Shown piece by piece: positions 31,212 through 40,952 of a stretch of DNA of 64,000 nucleotides. Position numbers and translations under genes: made by a program. The notes below the pieces were generated by a model that did not search any database, was not told where the DNA came from, and worked only from the letters and a program-made list of their open reading frames with translations. Source of the DNA: an uncultured bacterium (GTDB lineage Bacteria > Planctomycetota > UBA1135 > GCA-002686595); NCBI GenBank assembly GCA_937896235.1, contig CALBMX010000107.1, forward strand, positions 6,245 through 70,244. Direction: 5' to 3'. Positions within the stretch are counted from its first letter, which is position 1; each line of letters opens with the position of its first letter.

Positions 31212-31904
31212 CTAGGCCGAGATTTGATTGCGCAAATCGCGAGCCGCAGCTTCGGGATCTTCTGCTGCCAAGATTGCTGAAGAGACGGCCATGCGACCGA
31301 CGGGGCGTAACTCGGAGACCGATTGAGAGTTGATGCCGCCAATCGGAAAGATGGGCAAGCCCGTTGCCGTTGCCGCCATCCAGGCCCGCTCCGGTCCGAT
31401 GCCCGAAGTGTATCCCTTTGTCTCCGTTGGGAAGATCGGACCAAAGCCGAGGTAGTCCACCGCCTCTTCCGAGGCCAGGACGACCTGTGCAAAGTCGTGC
31501 GTCGATCGACCGATAAGGGCGACGTCCCCCAGGAGTTGTCGCGCGTCTCGCGATGGAAGATCGCCTTGGCCAAGGTGGACTCCGGAGATGGGCCTAGATG
31601 GGTCGGAGGCACCGAGCGCAAGGGCCACATCAACGCGATCATTTATCAGCACGGGCAGCTCGAGACCATTGTGCGCTGCGAGTACATCAAGTGCTTTGTG
31701 GGTCCACTCGAACAGGTCTCGAGCGCCGGACTTGATTCGTATTTGAAGGACGTCGATGAGCGGAAGGGCAGCATCTAGAATGGCCAGCGAATTGGCCTCT
31801 CCACCTCGACATAACCCGGGCGTGAATAGAAGCATCAACCGACTGCGACGCAGAAGCTCGCGCTGGTAGAGGCGATGGGGGGGGACGGGTTGCGATTCTG
31901 ACAT
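31212..31904 (-). CDS. thiE: Thiamine-phosphate synthase ThiE
   Basis: LQIRIKSG, INDRVDVALA, GVHLGQGDL, VDYLGFGPIFPTETKG and PIFPIGGI. Confidence 0.85.
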   Translation of the reverse strand: MSESQPVPPHRLYQRELLRRSRLMLLFTPGLCRGGEANSLAILDAALPLIDVLQIRIKSGARDLFEWTHKALDVLAAHNGLELPVLINDRVDVALALGASDPSRPISGVHLGQGDLPSRDARQLLGDVALIGRSTHDFAQVVLASEEAVDYLGFGPIFPTETKGYTSGIGPERAWMAATATGLPIFPIGGINSQSVSELRPVGRMAVSSAILAAEDPEAAARDLRNQISA

Positions 31905-31970
31905 GGTCTAACCAAAGGGAGGGGCGAGCCGCGATGCTGCGATTCGCCCCTCCCAGATTCTAGCTATCGA

Positions 31971-33119
31971 TTAGCAGCAGCCCGCCTCGGGCTCGCAACA
32001 GGATGCAGGTAGATTGTTTGCGCGCTCGACGCCGAACTTTGTTTCCGCCGGAGTTCGCGCACCGTCGCTAGCACAATCGAAATCGACAGCGTCGGCCTCG
32101 CTGACTTCGATCAGGGGACGTACGGGAGTGAACTGGCCCTCGTAGGGTGCACTTGTGAGGATCCCGAAAGTCTTGCGGCACACGGCAGTGCGGACTCCGC
32201 GTTTTAGCACGTGGCCGTCGTCGTCACGCACCTCGCTAAAGGGGCCGTTATAGATGACGGCTTCCTTATGGTCTAAGCAGGGACCCTCCTTACCTTTGTA
32301 GGCGACGACCGTCATGGAGCGGAACTCGATGCCCTCGACCACGGCCCACGCTTCTTTCTGGTAGACGGCGATCTCCACGCCGTACAACCCCGCATCGGCG
32401 AAAGCCTGAAGAAAACGATCTTCGCGCATGGCGCCACTGATGCACCCACTCCAAAGCTCGGGATCATTTTGCATCGAGAGCGGGACATCTTCGTCACACA
32501 CGATGTCGGAGATAGCCGCGCGACCGCCTCTCTTGAGCACCCGTGCGATCTCCTTGAACATCTCGGCCTTCTCGTCGGAGCCGACGAGGTTCAGAACACA
32601 GTTGGACAAAACCAAATCAACCGACGCATCGGGAATCATGGGCTCGTCTCGGCGCAGGCGTGCCTTCTCTAGCTCGAGCGCTTCTGTTCCGGCGAGGTCC
32701 TTTACCGGGTTCGATTCAAGCCAGGAGGCGAGCTTGTCACGATCGAGGGCCAGATCTTGAATCCAACCATGGCGGAATTCGACGTTGTGCCAGCCGATCT
32801 TGTCACCCACCTCCTTGTTGGTACGACGCGAGAGGTCGAGCATATCAGCGGTAGCGTCCACTCCGATCACACGCCCCGTTGGGCCAGCCACTTGGCTCGC
32901 CATGAAGCAGATCTTGCCCCCGCCTGCACCGAGATCGACGACGACGTCACCCTCATGAACGAACTTGCTGGGATCGCCGCACCCGTAATCGCGGTCAATG
33001 ATCTCTTGGGGCAGGACTTTCAGCAGGCTGGCGTCGTAATCCACTGGGCAGCAAAGCTCCGGGACAACGGCATTTGCGCCCTTGGCGTAGCGTTCACGTA
33101 CGTTTTCGATGATGCTCAT
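31971..33119 (-). CDS. ArsM-like SAM-dependent methyltransferase with Cys-rich termini
   Basis: VRERYAKGA...ELCCPVDYD...DYGCGDP...VVDLGAGGGKICFMASQVAGPTGRVIGVDATADML parallels arsenite methyltransferase N-terminal architecture. The C-terminus is PASCCEPEAGCC. Confidence 0.75.
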   Translation of the reverse strand: MSIIENVRERYAKGANAVVPELCCPVDYDASLLKVLPQEIIDRDYGCGDPSKFVHEGDVVVDLGAGGGKICFMASQVAGPTGRVIGVDATADMLDLSRRTNKEVGDKIGWHNVEFRHGWIQDLALDRDKLASWLESNPVKDLAGTEALELEKARLRRDEPMIPDASVDLVLSNCVLNLVGSDEKAEMFKEIARVLKRGGRAAISDIVCDEDVPLSMQNDPELWSGCISGAMREDRFLQAFADAGLYGVEIAVYQKEAWAVVEGIEFRSMTVVAYKGKEGPCLDHKEAVIYNGPFSEVRDDDGHVLKRGVRTAVCRKTFGILTSAPYEGQFTPVRPLIEVSEADAVDFDCASDGARTPAETKFGVERANNLPASCCEPEAGCC

Positions 33120-33376
33120 CGTTCGAATCTGATCTCGATTTGGTATTGGGAGCGGCCTCTTGATTCTGTCAGTTTAGGCGCCGACCTGCTCCCCGGAAGG
33201 GTAAGAGGCGCATAGGGTAGCTTCATCCTCAAAAGATTTACGTCCGAGTTATGTTTCCTTGGCTATCAGAAAAAGCCGATCCATGGGATCTTTGGCGTCT
33301 TGAGCCCCGTCCTAGACGGCTCCTCGCCTCTCGATTCGGCCCCATTTCGGCTTCTTTCACCCCCCAAGTGTTCTCA

Positions 33377-35587
33377 ATGTCTACATCGTCCCTCCGATTT
33401 TCAGCGGTTTGCCTAGCCGCAGCTGGTTTTTTAGTCGCGCCCTCTGCGGCTCAGCAACTCCAGCACATTCCTGGCGCATTCCCCAACCCCAAGCGTTGGA
33501 CTGAAGGCGTCGAGTGCGCCGATGTCGACAACGATGGCGACTTGGACGTCTTCTTTGCCGAAGGGGATGGCTTTTCAAGTGCTGGCCCCAAGCGCCAGAA
33601 CGTCCTGATCATCAATAAGTTCGAAATTGCACCAGGCACCCTTGTCGACGAGAGTGTCGCACGGCTTGGTGTCCACCTTTCGAATGGAAAGTCTGCGGAC
33701 ACCGGCGATGTGGACGGCGATGGTTACATCGACGCGATGTTTGCTAACGCATTCAATACGGACCCCCCGTTCCTCTACATGAACGTTGGAGGCGCGTCCC
33801 CGGGCTTCTTTAGCTTCGAGGGCGTCGCTCGTGGATTCAACATCCCATTCAGTTCGGCTTGCTCGAACTTTGGCGACCTCGACAACGATGGTGACTTGGA
33901 CGTCATCATTTCGGACTCGGGCAGCTCCTTTCTTGGTGGCTCGGGATCGCGACCGCACCTGTTTTTCAACAATGGTGCAGGTTTCTTCAAGCAGAACCAG
34001 GGGGCACTAAGTGCGCCGATTATGAAGGCGCACATGGACGTGCAGTTCGCTGACGTCGATGGAGACTGGGACCTCGACTTCATCGGCCTAAACCGAGCGA
34101 CGACCCAATACTTGATGCTCAACGACGGCGCAGGAAACTTCACCGACGCATCAAACCTTGTCCCGGCGACCTCGTCGAATGTCTACGAAGCTGAGGTCGG
34201 CGACCTCGATGGCGACAGTGACATCGACATGTTTTTTGTCAGCCTCTCGGGTTTCGGAGAGGGTCCGATTAAGAACAACTTCGCTCCTAGCGGCACCCTC
34301 AGCTTTACGAAGGGCGTGACGACCGGCGGTGACGACGACAACGAGATCGCGCTCTTTGACTACGACAACGACGGCGACTTTGACGCCGTTGTTGGGTCTC
34401 TGGCGTCCAAGGAGAAAATGCTGAACAACGACGGCAATGGCATCTTTAGCAACGCTGCGGGTGTCTTTACTGCGATTAGCGATTCGACTCTGGATATCAC
34501 CGTTGCCGACCTCGACAACGACGGTGCTTACGATGTGATCAGTTCACAAGGCGAGTCCGGATCAACCCAGTGGGACGCCAAGTTTTACAAGAACATGGGG
34601 TCCGCCGACACGCTTGATCCCGTGATCGTTCGCGAGGAGAACGTCGTCCCTGGTAGCGCTGGCCCATGGGTCGTGCGTTCAGAGATTCGCGACCAGGTCA
34701 TGGATGACGGACGCAACTGGGTTGGGGCGGAGCTCGACTATGTCGTGCGAACTGCACCGATGACCGCTTCCGTTTCGGCCCAGGGCCTATCGTTCACTCC
34801 TTCCGTCTTGGTTGTGCCAGCCGGAACAACGGTGACTTGGACAAACAACGACTCAGGCGTGACGGTCCACACCGTTACGAGTTCGACTCTAAATTATGAT
34901 TTCAACTCGGGTAACATCCCTCCGGGTGGAACCTACAGCTACACGTTCGTTCGCCCTGGAACCTACGATTACATCTGTATCCCTCACGCCAGCTTCGGCA
35001 TGAGCGGACAGGTGATCGTGACCGCTGGCACTTCGACAACTACGGGCGTGACGGAGATGGGCGGAGGCGGCCAGTTCCGTTTCGAGATGGCAGATACCTC
35101 TGGCGGTACCGCCATTGACGTCGCCTACGAGCGGCGCTTCACGGACTGGGCCGGCAACGTCACTGTTTCGGAGCCCACCGTCGTCGCGGTTGCGGGCGGT
35201 ACGGGTGGCGGAAGCTTTACGGTCTATGGAACGGGCGCATCTGCGGCCAACTACATGTCGATCAGCGGCTCAGGCGGAACGAAGATCGGCAATGCGTTTG
35301 CTGTGACGACAACCAACATCACCCAGGCCGGCGTGTTTATGGTTGTCAGCCTCAATCAGATCAGCACCCCTGCATTTGGTGGTGTTCTTCTGGCTGACTT
35401 CTTCAGCCCGGTCGTCCCGTTGAGCTTCCTTCCCGCGTCTGGAGGAAGTGCCATCTTCAACAGCGCAATCCCAAACAACCCCGGGATCGTCGGCATTGGT
35501 GTCTACTTCCAAACAGGCATCAGCGATGGCAGCCAGCCCGGCGGATTTGGAATGTCGGACGGGCTTGAGCTGATTGTCGGTCAATAA
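33377..35587 (+). CDS. Secreted FG-GAP/VCBS repeat protein with an embedded type-1 copper (cupredoxin/plastocyanin-like) domain
   Basis: Repeated DVDNDGDLDV, GDVDGDGYID, GDLDNDGDLDV and ADLDNDGAYDV motifs. The cupredoxin block is VPAGTTVTWTNNDSGVTVHTV...GTYDYICIPHASFGMSGQVIV, supplying His, Cys, His and Met ligands (nt ~34780-35022). Confidence 0.8.
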   Translation: MSTSSLRFSAVCLAAAGFLVAPSAAQQLQHIPGAFPNPKRWTEGVECADVDNDGDLDVFFAEGDGFSSAGPKRQNVLIINKFEIAPGTLVDESVARLGVHLSNGKSADTGDVDGDGYIDAMFANAFNTDPPFLYMNVGGASPGFFSFEGVARGFNIPFSSACSNFGDLDNDGDLDVIISDSGSSFLGGSGSRPHLFFNNGAGFFKQNQGALSAPIMKAHMDVQFADVDGDWDLDFIGLNRATTQYLMLNDGAGNFTDASNLVPATSSNVYEAEVGDLDGDSDIDMFFVSLSGFGEGPIKNNFAPSGTLSFTKGVTTGGDDDNEIALFDYDNDGDFDAVVGSLASKEKMLNNDGNGIFSNAAGVFTAISDSTLDITVADLDNDGAYDVISSQGESGSTQWDAKFYKNMGSADTLDPVIVREENVVPGSAGPWVVRSEIRDQVMDDGRNWVGAELDYVVRTAPMTASVSAQGLSFTPSVLVVPAGTTVTWTNNDSGVTVHTVTSSTLNYDFNSGNIPPGGTYSYTFVRPGTYDYICIPHASFGMSGQVIVTAGTSTTTGVTEMGGGGQFRFEMADTSGGTAIDVAYERRFTDWAGNVTVSEPTVVAVAGGTGGGSFTVYGTGASAANYMSISGSGGTKIGNAFAVTTTNITQAGVFMVVSLNQISTPAFGGVLLADFFSPVVPLSFLPASGGSAIFNSAIPNNPGIVGIGVYFQTGISDGSQPGGFGMSDGLELIVGQ

Positions 35588-35615
35588 TTGAGCCTCACTG
35601 GCTAACCTAAGGCCC

Positions 35616-37319
35616 ATGCGGATTGCCTCTATAACGAGTGCCTGCATGGGCCTTTTTGTGTCATCTCTTTCGGCCCAGCAGTTTGAAGAGATCGGCCCGG
35701 AGGCCCTGCCAGGTGTATCAACCACATCCGGATCCCCTGAAGTGGATTGGATCCTTGAAGTGAATGGCGGCGGCGTCGTGCTTGGAGATTTTGACGGGGA
35801 GGGGATTCTCGACCTGGTGGTCATCGATGGATCGACCCCCGAGCGCGTCCAGAAAGGAGAGCGAGGAAATCCTCCACGACTCTTTCTTGGCAAGGGGGAT
35901 GCGACGTTCCGCCCTGCCGAAAGTGCCTGGAACATACCTGGCGGACGCTGGGGAATGGGGGGCGTCGCAGGGGATCTGAACGGCGACGGGGCGCTAGATT
36001 TATTCCTGACTGAGTGGGGGCCGGATCGTATTCTGCTTGGCGGAGAGGGATTTCAAGAGGCGACTAGCGGGGCCGGACTGCAAGGCGAGAATTGGGGGAC
36101 AAGTGCCGCGCTTCTCGACTTTGATTTGGACGGCATTCTCGATGTTGCCGTGATCAATTACCTGGATTTCGACTTCAAGCTCGTGGCGTCTAGGCAGAGT
36201 GGGGAGTGCACTTGGAAGGGGCGTCCCGTGAACTGCGGCCCCGAAGGGCTTATGGCGCAGCACGATCAACTCTATCGCGGTTTGGGAGGCGGCAAGTTCG
36301 AACTTTGCGACGGCGCTTCGTTCGGATTTCGGCCCAGAGAGGCTGCGTTCGGGCTCGGTGTTGTCACAGGTGACTTTGATGTCGACGGGGATACGGACCT
36401 GTATGTCACGAACGACTCGACGCCCAATCATCTCTGGGAAAATCGTGAGCGTGAGGACAAGTCCGGCCGTCGCTTTGATGATGTGGCCTTGCGCCTGGGC
36501 GTGGCTGTTGACGCCAATGGCCGCGAGCAGGCGGGAATGGGTGTCGGCTGTGGAGACCTGGATGGCGACGGGCGAACCGATTTTTTCGTGACGAACTTTA
36601 GTGGTGAAAATCACTCCCTCTATCTCTCCGGAGATCGTCGCAGCTACCGCGAGCGCTCCCATCAAGCTGGCATTGCAGGGATAAGCACGCAGCTCTTAGG
36701 GTGGGGCGCTGGACTGGCCGATCTCGACAACGATGCCGACCTCGACCTGTTCGCATTTCACGGGCATGTCTATCCCGAAGCGGACCGCGACGGTACGGAC
36801 ACAAGCTATGCCCAGCTGGACTACTGGATGGAAAACACGAGTAGTTCCGAGCGCCAACGATTCGTGCCTAGGTTGCTGACCGCGGGTATTGCGACGGTCT
36901 CGAGAGCGGCGGTGTTTGGCGATCTCGACCGCGATGGCGATTTGGATCTTGTAGCTTTGGATCACGGGGGGCCGGTGCGAGTTCTTCGCAACCTCCAAGC
37001 GAACTCGGGGGAATCTTGGATCGGCTTTCAGTTGACTGACAAGAGCTCATTGAATCAGGCCGGGCTTGGGGCAAGGATTGAACTCGATTTTGCGGGCCAA
37101 GGGGAGGGTGAGCCGATGCGCACGATCCATCGTGAGATTACCGCAGCGGGAGGTTTTCAGGCCGGTCTTCCCGCCGAAGCTCACTTCGGGCTTGGCGCGT
37201 TGGGTAAGCCCCACTCTGGCCGTATTTTTTGGCCCGGCGGTGATGTTCAAGAGCTAGAGGCCGGAACATTGGCCAACGTTGGGAAATGGAATCGCCTTGT
37301 GCGCACGGGGGCCAGGTGA
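35616..37319 (+). CDS. CRTAC1-family protein (FG-GAP repeats plus ASPIC/UnbV domain)
   Basis: Signal peptide, then GDFDGEGILDL, GDLNGDGALDL and GDLDGDGRTDF repeats. The C-terminal WIGFQLTD...GARIELDF...HREITAAGGFQAG...AHFGLG is UnbV/ASPIC-like. Confidence 0.85.
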   Translation: MRIASITSACMGLFVSSLSAQQFEEIGPEALPGVSTTSGSPEVDWILEVNGGGVVLGDFDGEGILDLVVIDGSTPERVQKGERGNPPRLFLGKGDATFRPAESAWNIPGGRWGMGGVAGDLNGDGALDLFLTEWGPDRILLGGEGFQEATSGAGLQGENWGTSAALLDFDLDGILDVAVINYLDFDFKLVASRQSGECTWKGRPVNCGPEGLMAQHDQLYRGLGGGKFELCDGASFGFRPREAAFGLGVVTGDFDVDGDTDLYVTNDSTPNHLWENREREDKSGRRFDDVALRLGVAVDANGREQAGMGVGCGDLDGDGRTDFFVTNFSGENHSLYLSGDRRSYRERSHQAGIAGISTQLLGWGAGLADLDNDADLDLFAFHGHVYPEADRDGTDTSYAQLDYWMENTSSSERQRFVPRLLTAGIATVSRAAVFGDLDRDGDLDLVALDHGGPVRVLRNLQANSGESWIGFQLTDKSSLNQAGLGARIELDFAGQGEGEPMRTIHREITAAGGFQAGLPAEAHFGLGALGKPHSGRIFWPGGDVQELEAGTLANVGKWNRLVRTGAR

Positions 37320-38479
37320 GCTTCCCATTTCGAGCACTCAGTTTTGTCCTTGTCGCCATATTCGCCGGCTCCACCTATGGTCGCCAAACGCCAGGGAGCC
37401 CTCCCGAGATTCAGTTGCCAGCGGCCAATCGTCTGGATGCACTTGGCCTCGGTAGTGTTCCGCGAGCAGCGCCTGGAACCTGGGCGGATCTCTTCCGGGA
37501 TCACCAACCGGACCCCGAGAGGATGGCCGGAGTCACGCCCCAAGTCGCTCGCCTCGCGATGTTATCGCAGGCCGCTTTTGGCGAGGCGGATTACCCGCGC
37601 TGCTTGGCCCAAAGCCGCGAGGTTCTTCGTATCTTGCCGGACTTCCCGCCGAGCCTTCTCGTATACGGTTCAGCCGCGTTTCGCCTAAGGCGCTACGGGG
37701 ATTGCAAGGTTGCCATGGAGAGGTTCTCCGAGGTCGCTCCCAGTGAGATTTGGCGAACGCAAATCTTGGGGCACTCTCTCTATTCATTGGGATTCTTCCG
37801 CGAAGCTAGGGAGCACTATCTCGCCGTTATAGAGGGCGCGCCTAGACCTGAGTTGATCAGCACAGAAGCTCGCCGTGGGTTGGCCCTAGCGCACTACCGT
37901 TTGGGCGACGAAACCGAGGCCCTCGCTATTTTGAACGAGCTCGTCCGCAGCTCGCCAGACCATGGAGATGCGTGGGCTTGGTTGGCACAGATCCAGTTCG
38001 ATGGGGACGCGCTTGGAGAGGCGCTCGCGTCTGCGCGAGAGGCGATGGAGCTTCTGCCTTTCGAGCCCCGACCGTTTTTCTTGGCCTTCCGAATTCTGAA
38101 TGACTTGGGTGAGGACAAAGAGGCCCTAGCCCTCGAAGGCAGATGGCGAGTTCTCAGTGCGGCCGCGGGTGAGATTCAGTCCTTAAACAATAGGCTGTTG
38201 TTCCATCCCGGGGACCCCAAACTGCTCCGTGCCCTCGGGGCGCAATACCGAGACCTAGGGAATCTAGACGCACTCGCTGGTGTCTTAGCAAGGTTGATGG
38301 GCGCTGAAGACCTGCTTGATCCGAGAGGCATCAGCAACCGTATCTTTGCGATTGAGGCCTTTCGCGACGCCGGTGGGCTCCTTCGGGCCCGCGAGCTGCT
38401 GGAGCGCACAGCCAGGGAGTTTCCAGGTGCCTCAGGGCTCCCGGAGATCCCTCCGGATGGCGAGTTGTCCGAGCTTTAG
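37316..38479 (+). CDS. Secreted TPR-repeat protein
   Basis: The GTG start overlaps the upstream stop (GTGA). Signal VSFPFRALSFVLVAIFAGSTYG. Contains TPR-like helical repeats. Confidence 0.65.
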   Translation: MSFPFRALSFVLVAIFAGSTYGRQTPGSPPEIQLPAANRLDALGLGSVPRAAPGTWADLFRDHQPDPERMAGVTPQVARLAMLSQAAFGEADYPRCLAQSREVLRILPDFPPSLLVYGSAAFRLRRYGDCKVAMERFSEVAPSEIWRTQILGHSLYSLGFFREAREHYLAVIEGAPRPELISTEARRGLALAHYRLGDETEALAILNELVRSSPDHGDAWAWLAQIQFDGDALGEALASAREAMELLPFEPRPFFLAFRILNDLGEDKEALALEGRWRVLSAAAGEIQSLNNRLLFHPGDPKLLRALGAQYRDLGNLDALAGVLARLMGAEDLLDPRGISNRIFAIEAFRDAGGLLRARELLERTAREFPGASGLPEIPPDGELSEL

Positions 38480-38941
38480 AGTCCGCGCTTCGAGCAGCTC
38501 TCTCCTAGTGCGAGCCATGGGGTCGGGTCTTGGATCCTCTCTTCTTCAAAACGTTGCTATCAACCCGGCCCCTAGCAGCCCGTTGCTAGCCAGGGGGCCG
38601 TAAACCTCGCTGTGAATGGAGCCAAGCTCCAAGCGGTTGAGATCTTTCCGAGTTCGCGCAACAGCGTGGCACCCTCGGGGGGAATCTTGTCGCTAGGAGC
38701 GCGGGGCTCAACAGCCTCTGCAGGAACCGCACAGGCGATCGTTTCCAATCCTAACGGGTTCTAATCCCACACTCGTAGCTCTTGTTGTCTACCACCCTGG
38801 CCCGACGAGAAACCAACTGGCCTAACGGTCGGAACCGATCCGATTCCATGGACTCTGATTCCGGAAGCTTCTAGGCCAAACTCTCTAGTGAAGCTCTCAC
38901 CCTGTGCTAGGTCTGCCGATCCGAACAGGGGGCTCGGGCTT

Positions 38942-38985
38942 CCTGAAAAATGAAGCCCCTGGCACCTCGCGGCAACAGGGGCTTC
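38942..38985 (-). terminator. Intrinsic terminator of the small zinc-ribbon gene
   Basis: Minus-strand reading is GAAGCCCCTG-(14-nt loop)-CAGGGGCTTC followed by ATTTTTCAGG. It has a perfect 10-bp GC-rich stem and lies ~75 nt downstream of the stop at 39060. Confidence 0.6.
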
Positions 38986-39003
38986 CACTTCCACTTCCAC
39001 TTC
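38983..39003. repeat. Hexamer microrepeat (TTCCAC) x3.5
   Basis: Read directly: ttccac ttccac ttccac ttc. It abuts the terminator stem, in the 3' UTR of the zinc-ribbon gene. Confidence 0.9.
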
Positions 39004-39059
39004 TCGTGCTCTACCCCCTTGTCTTCCACAACCGGGGGGCTGAGCTTCGAGTGGTCTTG

Positions 39060-39272
39060 TCAGGCGGAATCCCGCTTCTTGTCAGGGGAATCGCCTTTGA
39101 TTCGTCTTGGCTTGAGATTCTCTGAGAACTGGCTCCAATCCTCTTTCGAGAAGAGCTGCACCCTCGAACCGCAGTTCGAGCAATAGCTGTGCTCTGCGCT
39201 CATGAGGTACGGGACATACTGGTCACATTCGAGGCAATACTTGCGGTCGTCGTAAAAGCTGCTACTGGCCAT
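39060..39272 (-). CDS. Small zinc-ribbon protein (70 aa), hypothetical
   Basis: MASSSFYDDRKYCLECDQYVPYLMSAEHSYCSNCGSRV has CxxC...CxxC pairs and a basic tail. It has its own terminator and is flanked by long non-coding DNA. Confidence 0.55.
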   Translation of the reverse strand: MASSSFYDDRKYCLECDQYVPYLMSAEHSYCSNCGSRVQLFSKEDWSQFSENLKPRRIKGDSPDKKRDSA

Positions 39273-39669
39273 GGCGTCTCTCTTTCCAAATTGGGGTAAA
39301 ACCGGAGGTGTCACTCGTGCCACTTCCTACAAGACGCTTGCAGGTAGCCACGCTGGACGCTCTTCCGAGGAATCTCAAACTGGTTGGTCTTAGCTTAGTT
39401 GTAGGGGCGAGTCTAAAGGGAAGCGATGCACTTCCGTCCTTAGGGGTCAGCCACTACTAGAGACGTTATAAAGGGCCGAGGGGTTCCCCATGAACGGGGG
39501 GAAGTGAGCGCGAAATGACAGACTTTGAGATCATGAATTAGCTATAAGCGATTGTTGTATAGTCGTTTACAGCAATATCTACAATTGCCCTCAGGGCTAA
39601 TTTATAGGATTCTGACCCTGTAGACTCGGACAGGCCGTTAGGCGAAAGGGTCGGCCTGCTGGCGAAGAC

Positions 39670-40806
39670 TCAGTCAGCGATTTCCCGATCTTGGAGTAGA
39701 AGGGCTCGCCAAAAGGGGTCGCTCTCCCTTTGGATAGCATGATCCAAGGCCTCCTGGACACCCGCATCTTTGCCGTGACCATAGGCTAGAGCCCAAGCCG
39801 CGGCCTCCCTTGCCAAAGGAGAGTCGTGGGATGACAGCGTCTCGCAAAGTACCTCTAGACTGCCGTCAACCGGATTTGAACCCAAGATCAGCGCTGCGTT
39901 GCGAGCCAATCCTTCGCGCTTGGGCCGTTGGAGAGGTGATCCTCGCCAAGTGTCCTTGAAGCTACTTGCCGGTTCGCGGAGCCAATCGAAGAGTCCCAAG
40001 TTCTCAACGGCCGGGTGTTGACCCCAATCTTGGCTGCGATCACTTCGTACTTCGGCCCGGATTCCCCATGGGCAAACCTCGGAGCAAATGTCGCAGCCAA
40101 AAGCAAAGCCGGACAACTTGGGGCGCAGTTCGTGGGGGACGGGGCCGCGATTCTCAATCGTCTGGTAGCTGATGCAGAGGCGCGCATCGACTTGTCCGGC
40201 CGCTACGATTGCATCCGTAGGGCAGGCGTCGATACAGGCCGTACAGGTGCCGCAAGAGCCCGCGGGGGGAGGCGAAGGGCCAAAGTCTGAGTCGATTTCG
40301 AGGATCAACTCGCCAAGGAAGAACCACGGTCCGTGCTCGGGATTTAGCAAGGTAGCCGCCTTGGAACCGAAGCCTAGCCCTGCTTCCGATGCGTGGGAGC
40401 GCTCCAGGATGGGGGCCGCGTCGGTCATAGCTCTGCCCGCTCGCCCTCCCGTCAGGAGTCCCTCTCGAGCCAGGCGCTTGCCCAGCCTTACGAGCATTTT
40501 TCCAAGGCGATTGTGATAGTCACGGCCGGCGGCATAGCGGGCAATGCGGCCTCCACCGGGGAGATCGACCTTGGCACGGGCATGCCCCAAACCGACGACC
40601 AGCATGACGGCGGGGCCCTTAGAGAGGCCCCGAGGGTCCACAATGCGCTCTCGATTCCGTTCGAGCCAGTCCATGTCCGCGGCTCGGCCCTTGTCCAGCC
40701 ACTGTTCAAACAGCTTCGCATCCCTTGGAGGCGCCAATGTTGTGAATCCGGCCAGGTCGAGCCCCATGTCTAGGGCTATTTCTAGGATTATCGATTGAGC
40801 ATTCAC
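39670..40806 (-). CDS. queG: tRNA epoxyqueuosine(34) reductase QueG
   Basis: CGTCTACIDACPTDAI, CISYQTIE, FGCDICSEVCPW and a HEAT-like C-terminus. GTG at 40806 (VNAQSIILEIALDMGLDLAGF) is preferred over the long N-terminal extension to 41010. Confidence 0.85.
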   Translation of the reverse strand: MNAQSIILEIALDMGLDLAGFTTLAPPRDAKLFEQWLDKGRAADMDWLERNRERIVDPRGLSKGPAVMLVVGLGHARAKVDLPGGGRIARYAAGRDYHNRLGKMLVRLGKRLAREGLLTGGRAGRAMTDAAPILERSHASEAGLGFGSKAATLLNPEHGPWFFLGELILEIDSDFGPSPPPAGSCGTCTACIDACPTDAIVAAGQVDARLCISYQTIENRGPVPHELRPKLSGFAFGCDICSEVCPWGIRAEVRSDRSQDWGQHPAVENLGLFDWLREPASSFKDTWRGSPLQRPKREGLARNAALILGSNPVDGSLEVLCETLSSHDSPLAREAAAWALAYGHGKDAGVQEALDHAIQRESDPFWRALLLQDREIAD

Positions 40807-40952
40807 AGACCTATCATTGGTTCCGTAGCCTCTATTGTCACCACCTGTCTGCACTCTCCGGGGAATGAGTTGTTCCACATTGCCCCGGACAGCCTCATCG
40901 GCGGTAGACTTACGACTCCTCCCTTTCCTTTTGAACCCCTGCTCCTCGCACC

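Noticed and set aside
38983-39003. The TTCCAC hexamer repeat as a CRISPR-like or regulatory array.
   Set aside because: It has only 3.5 contiguous copies of 6 nt with no spacers. It is a microsatellite next to a terminator.
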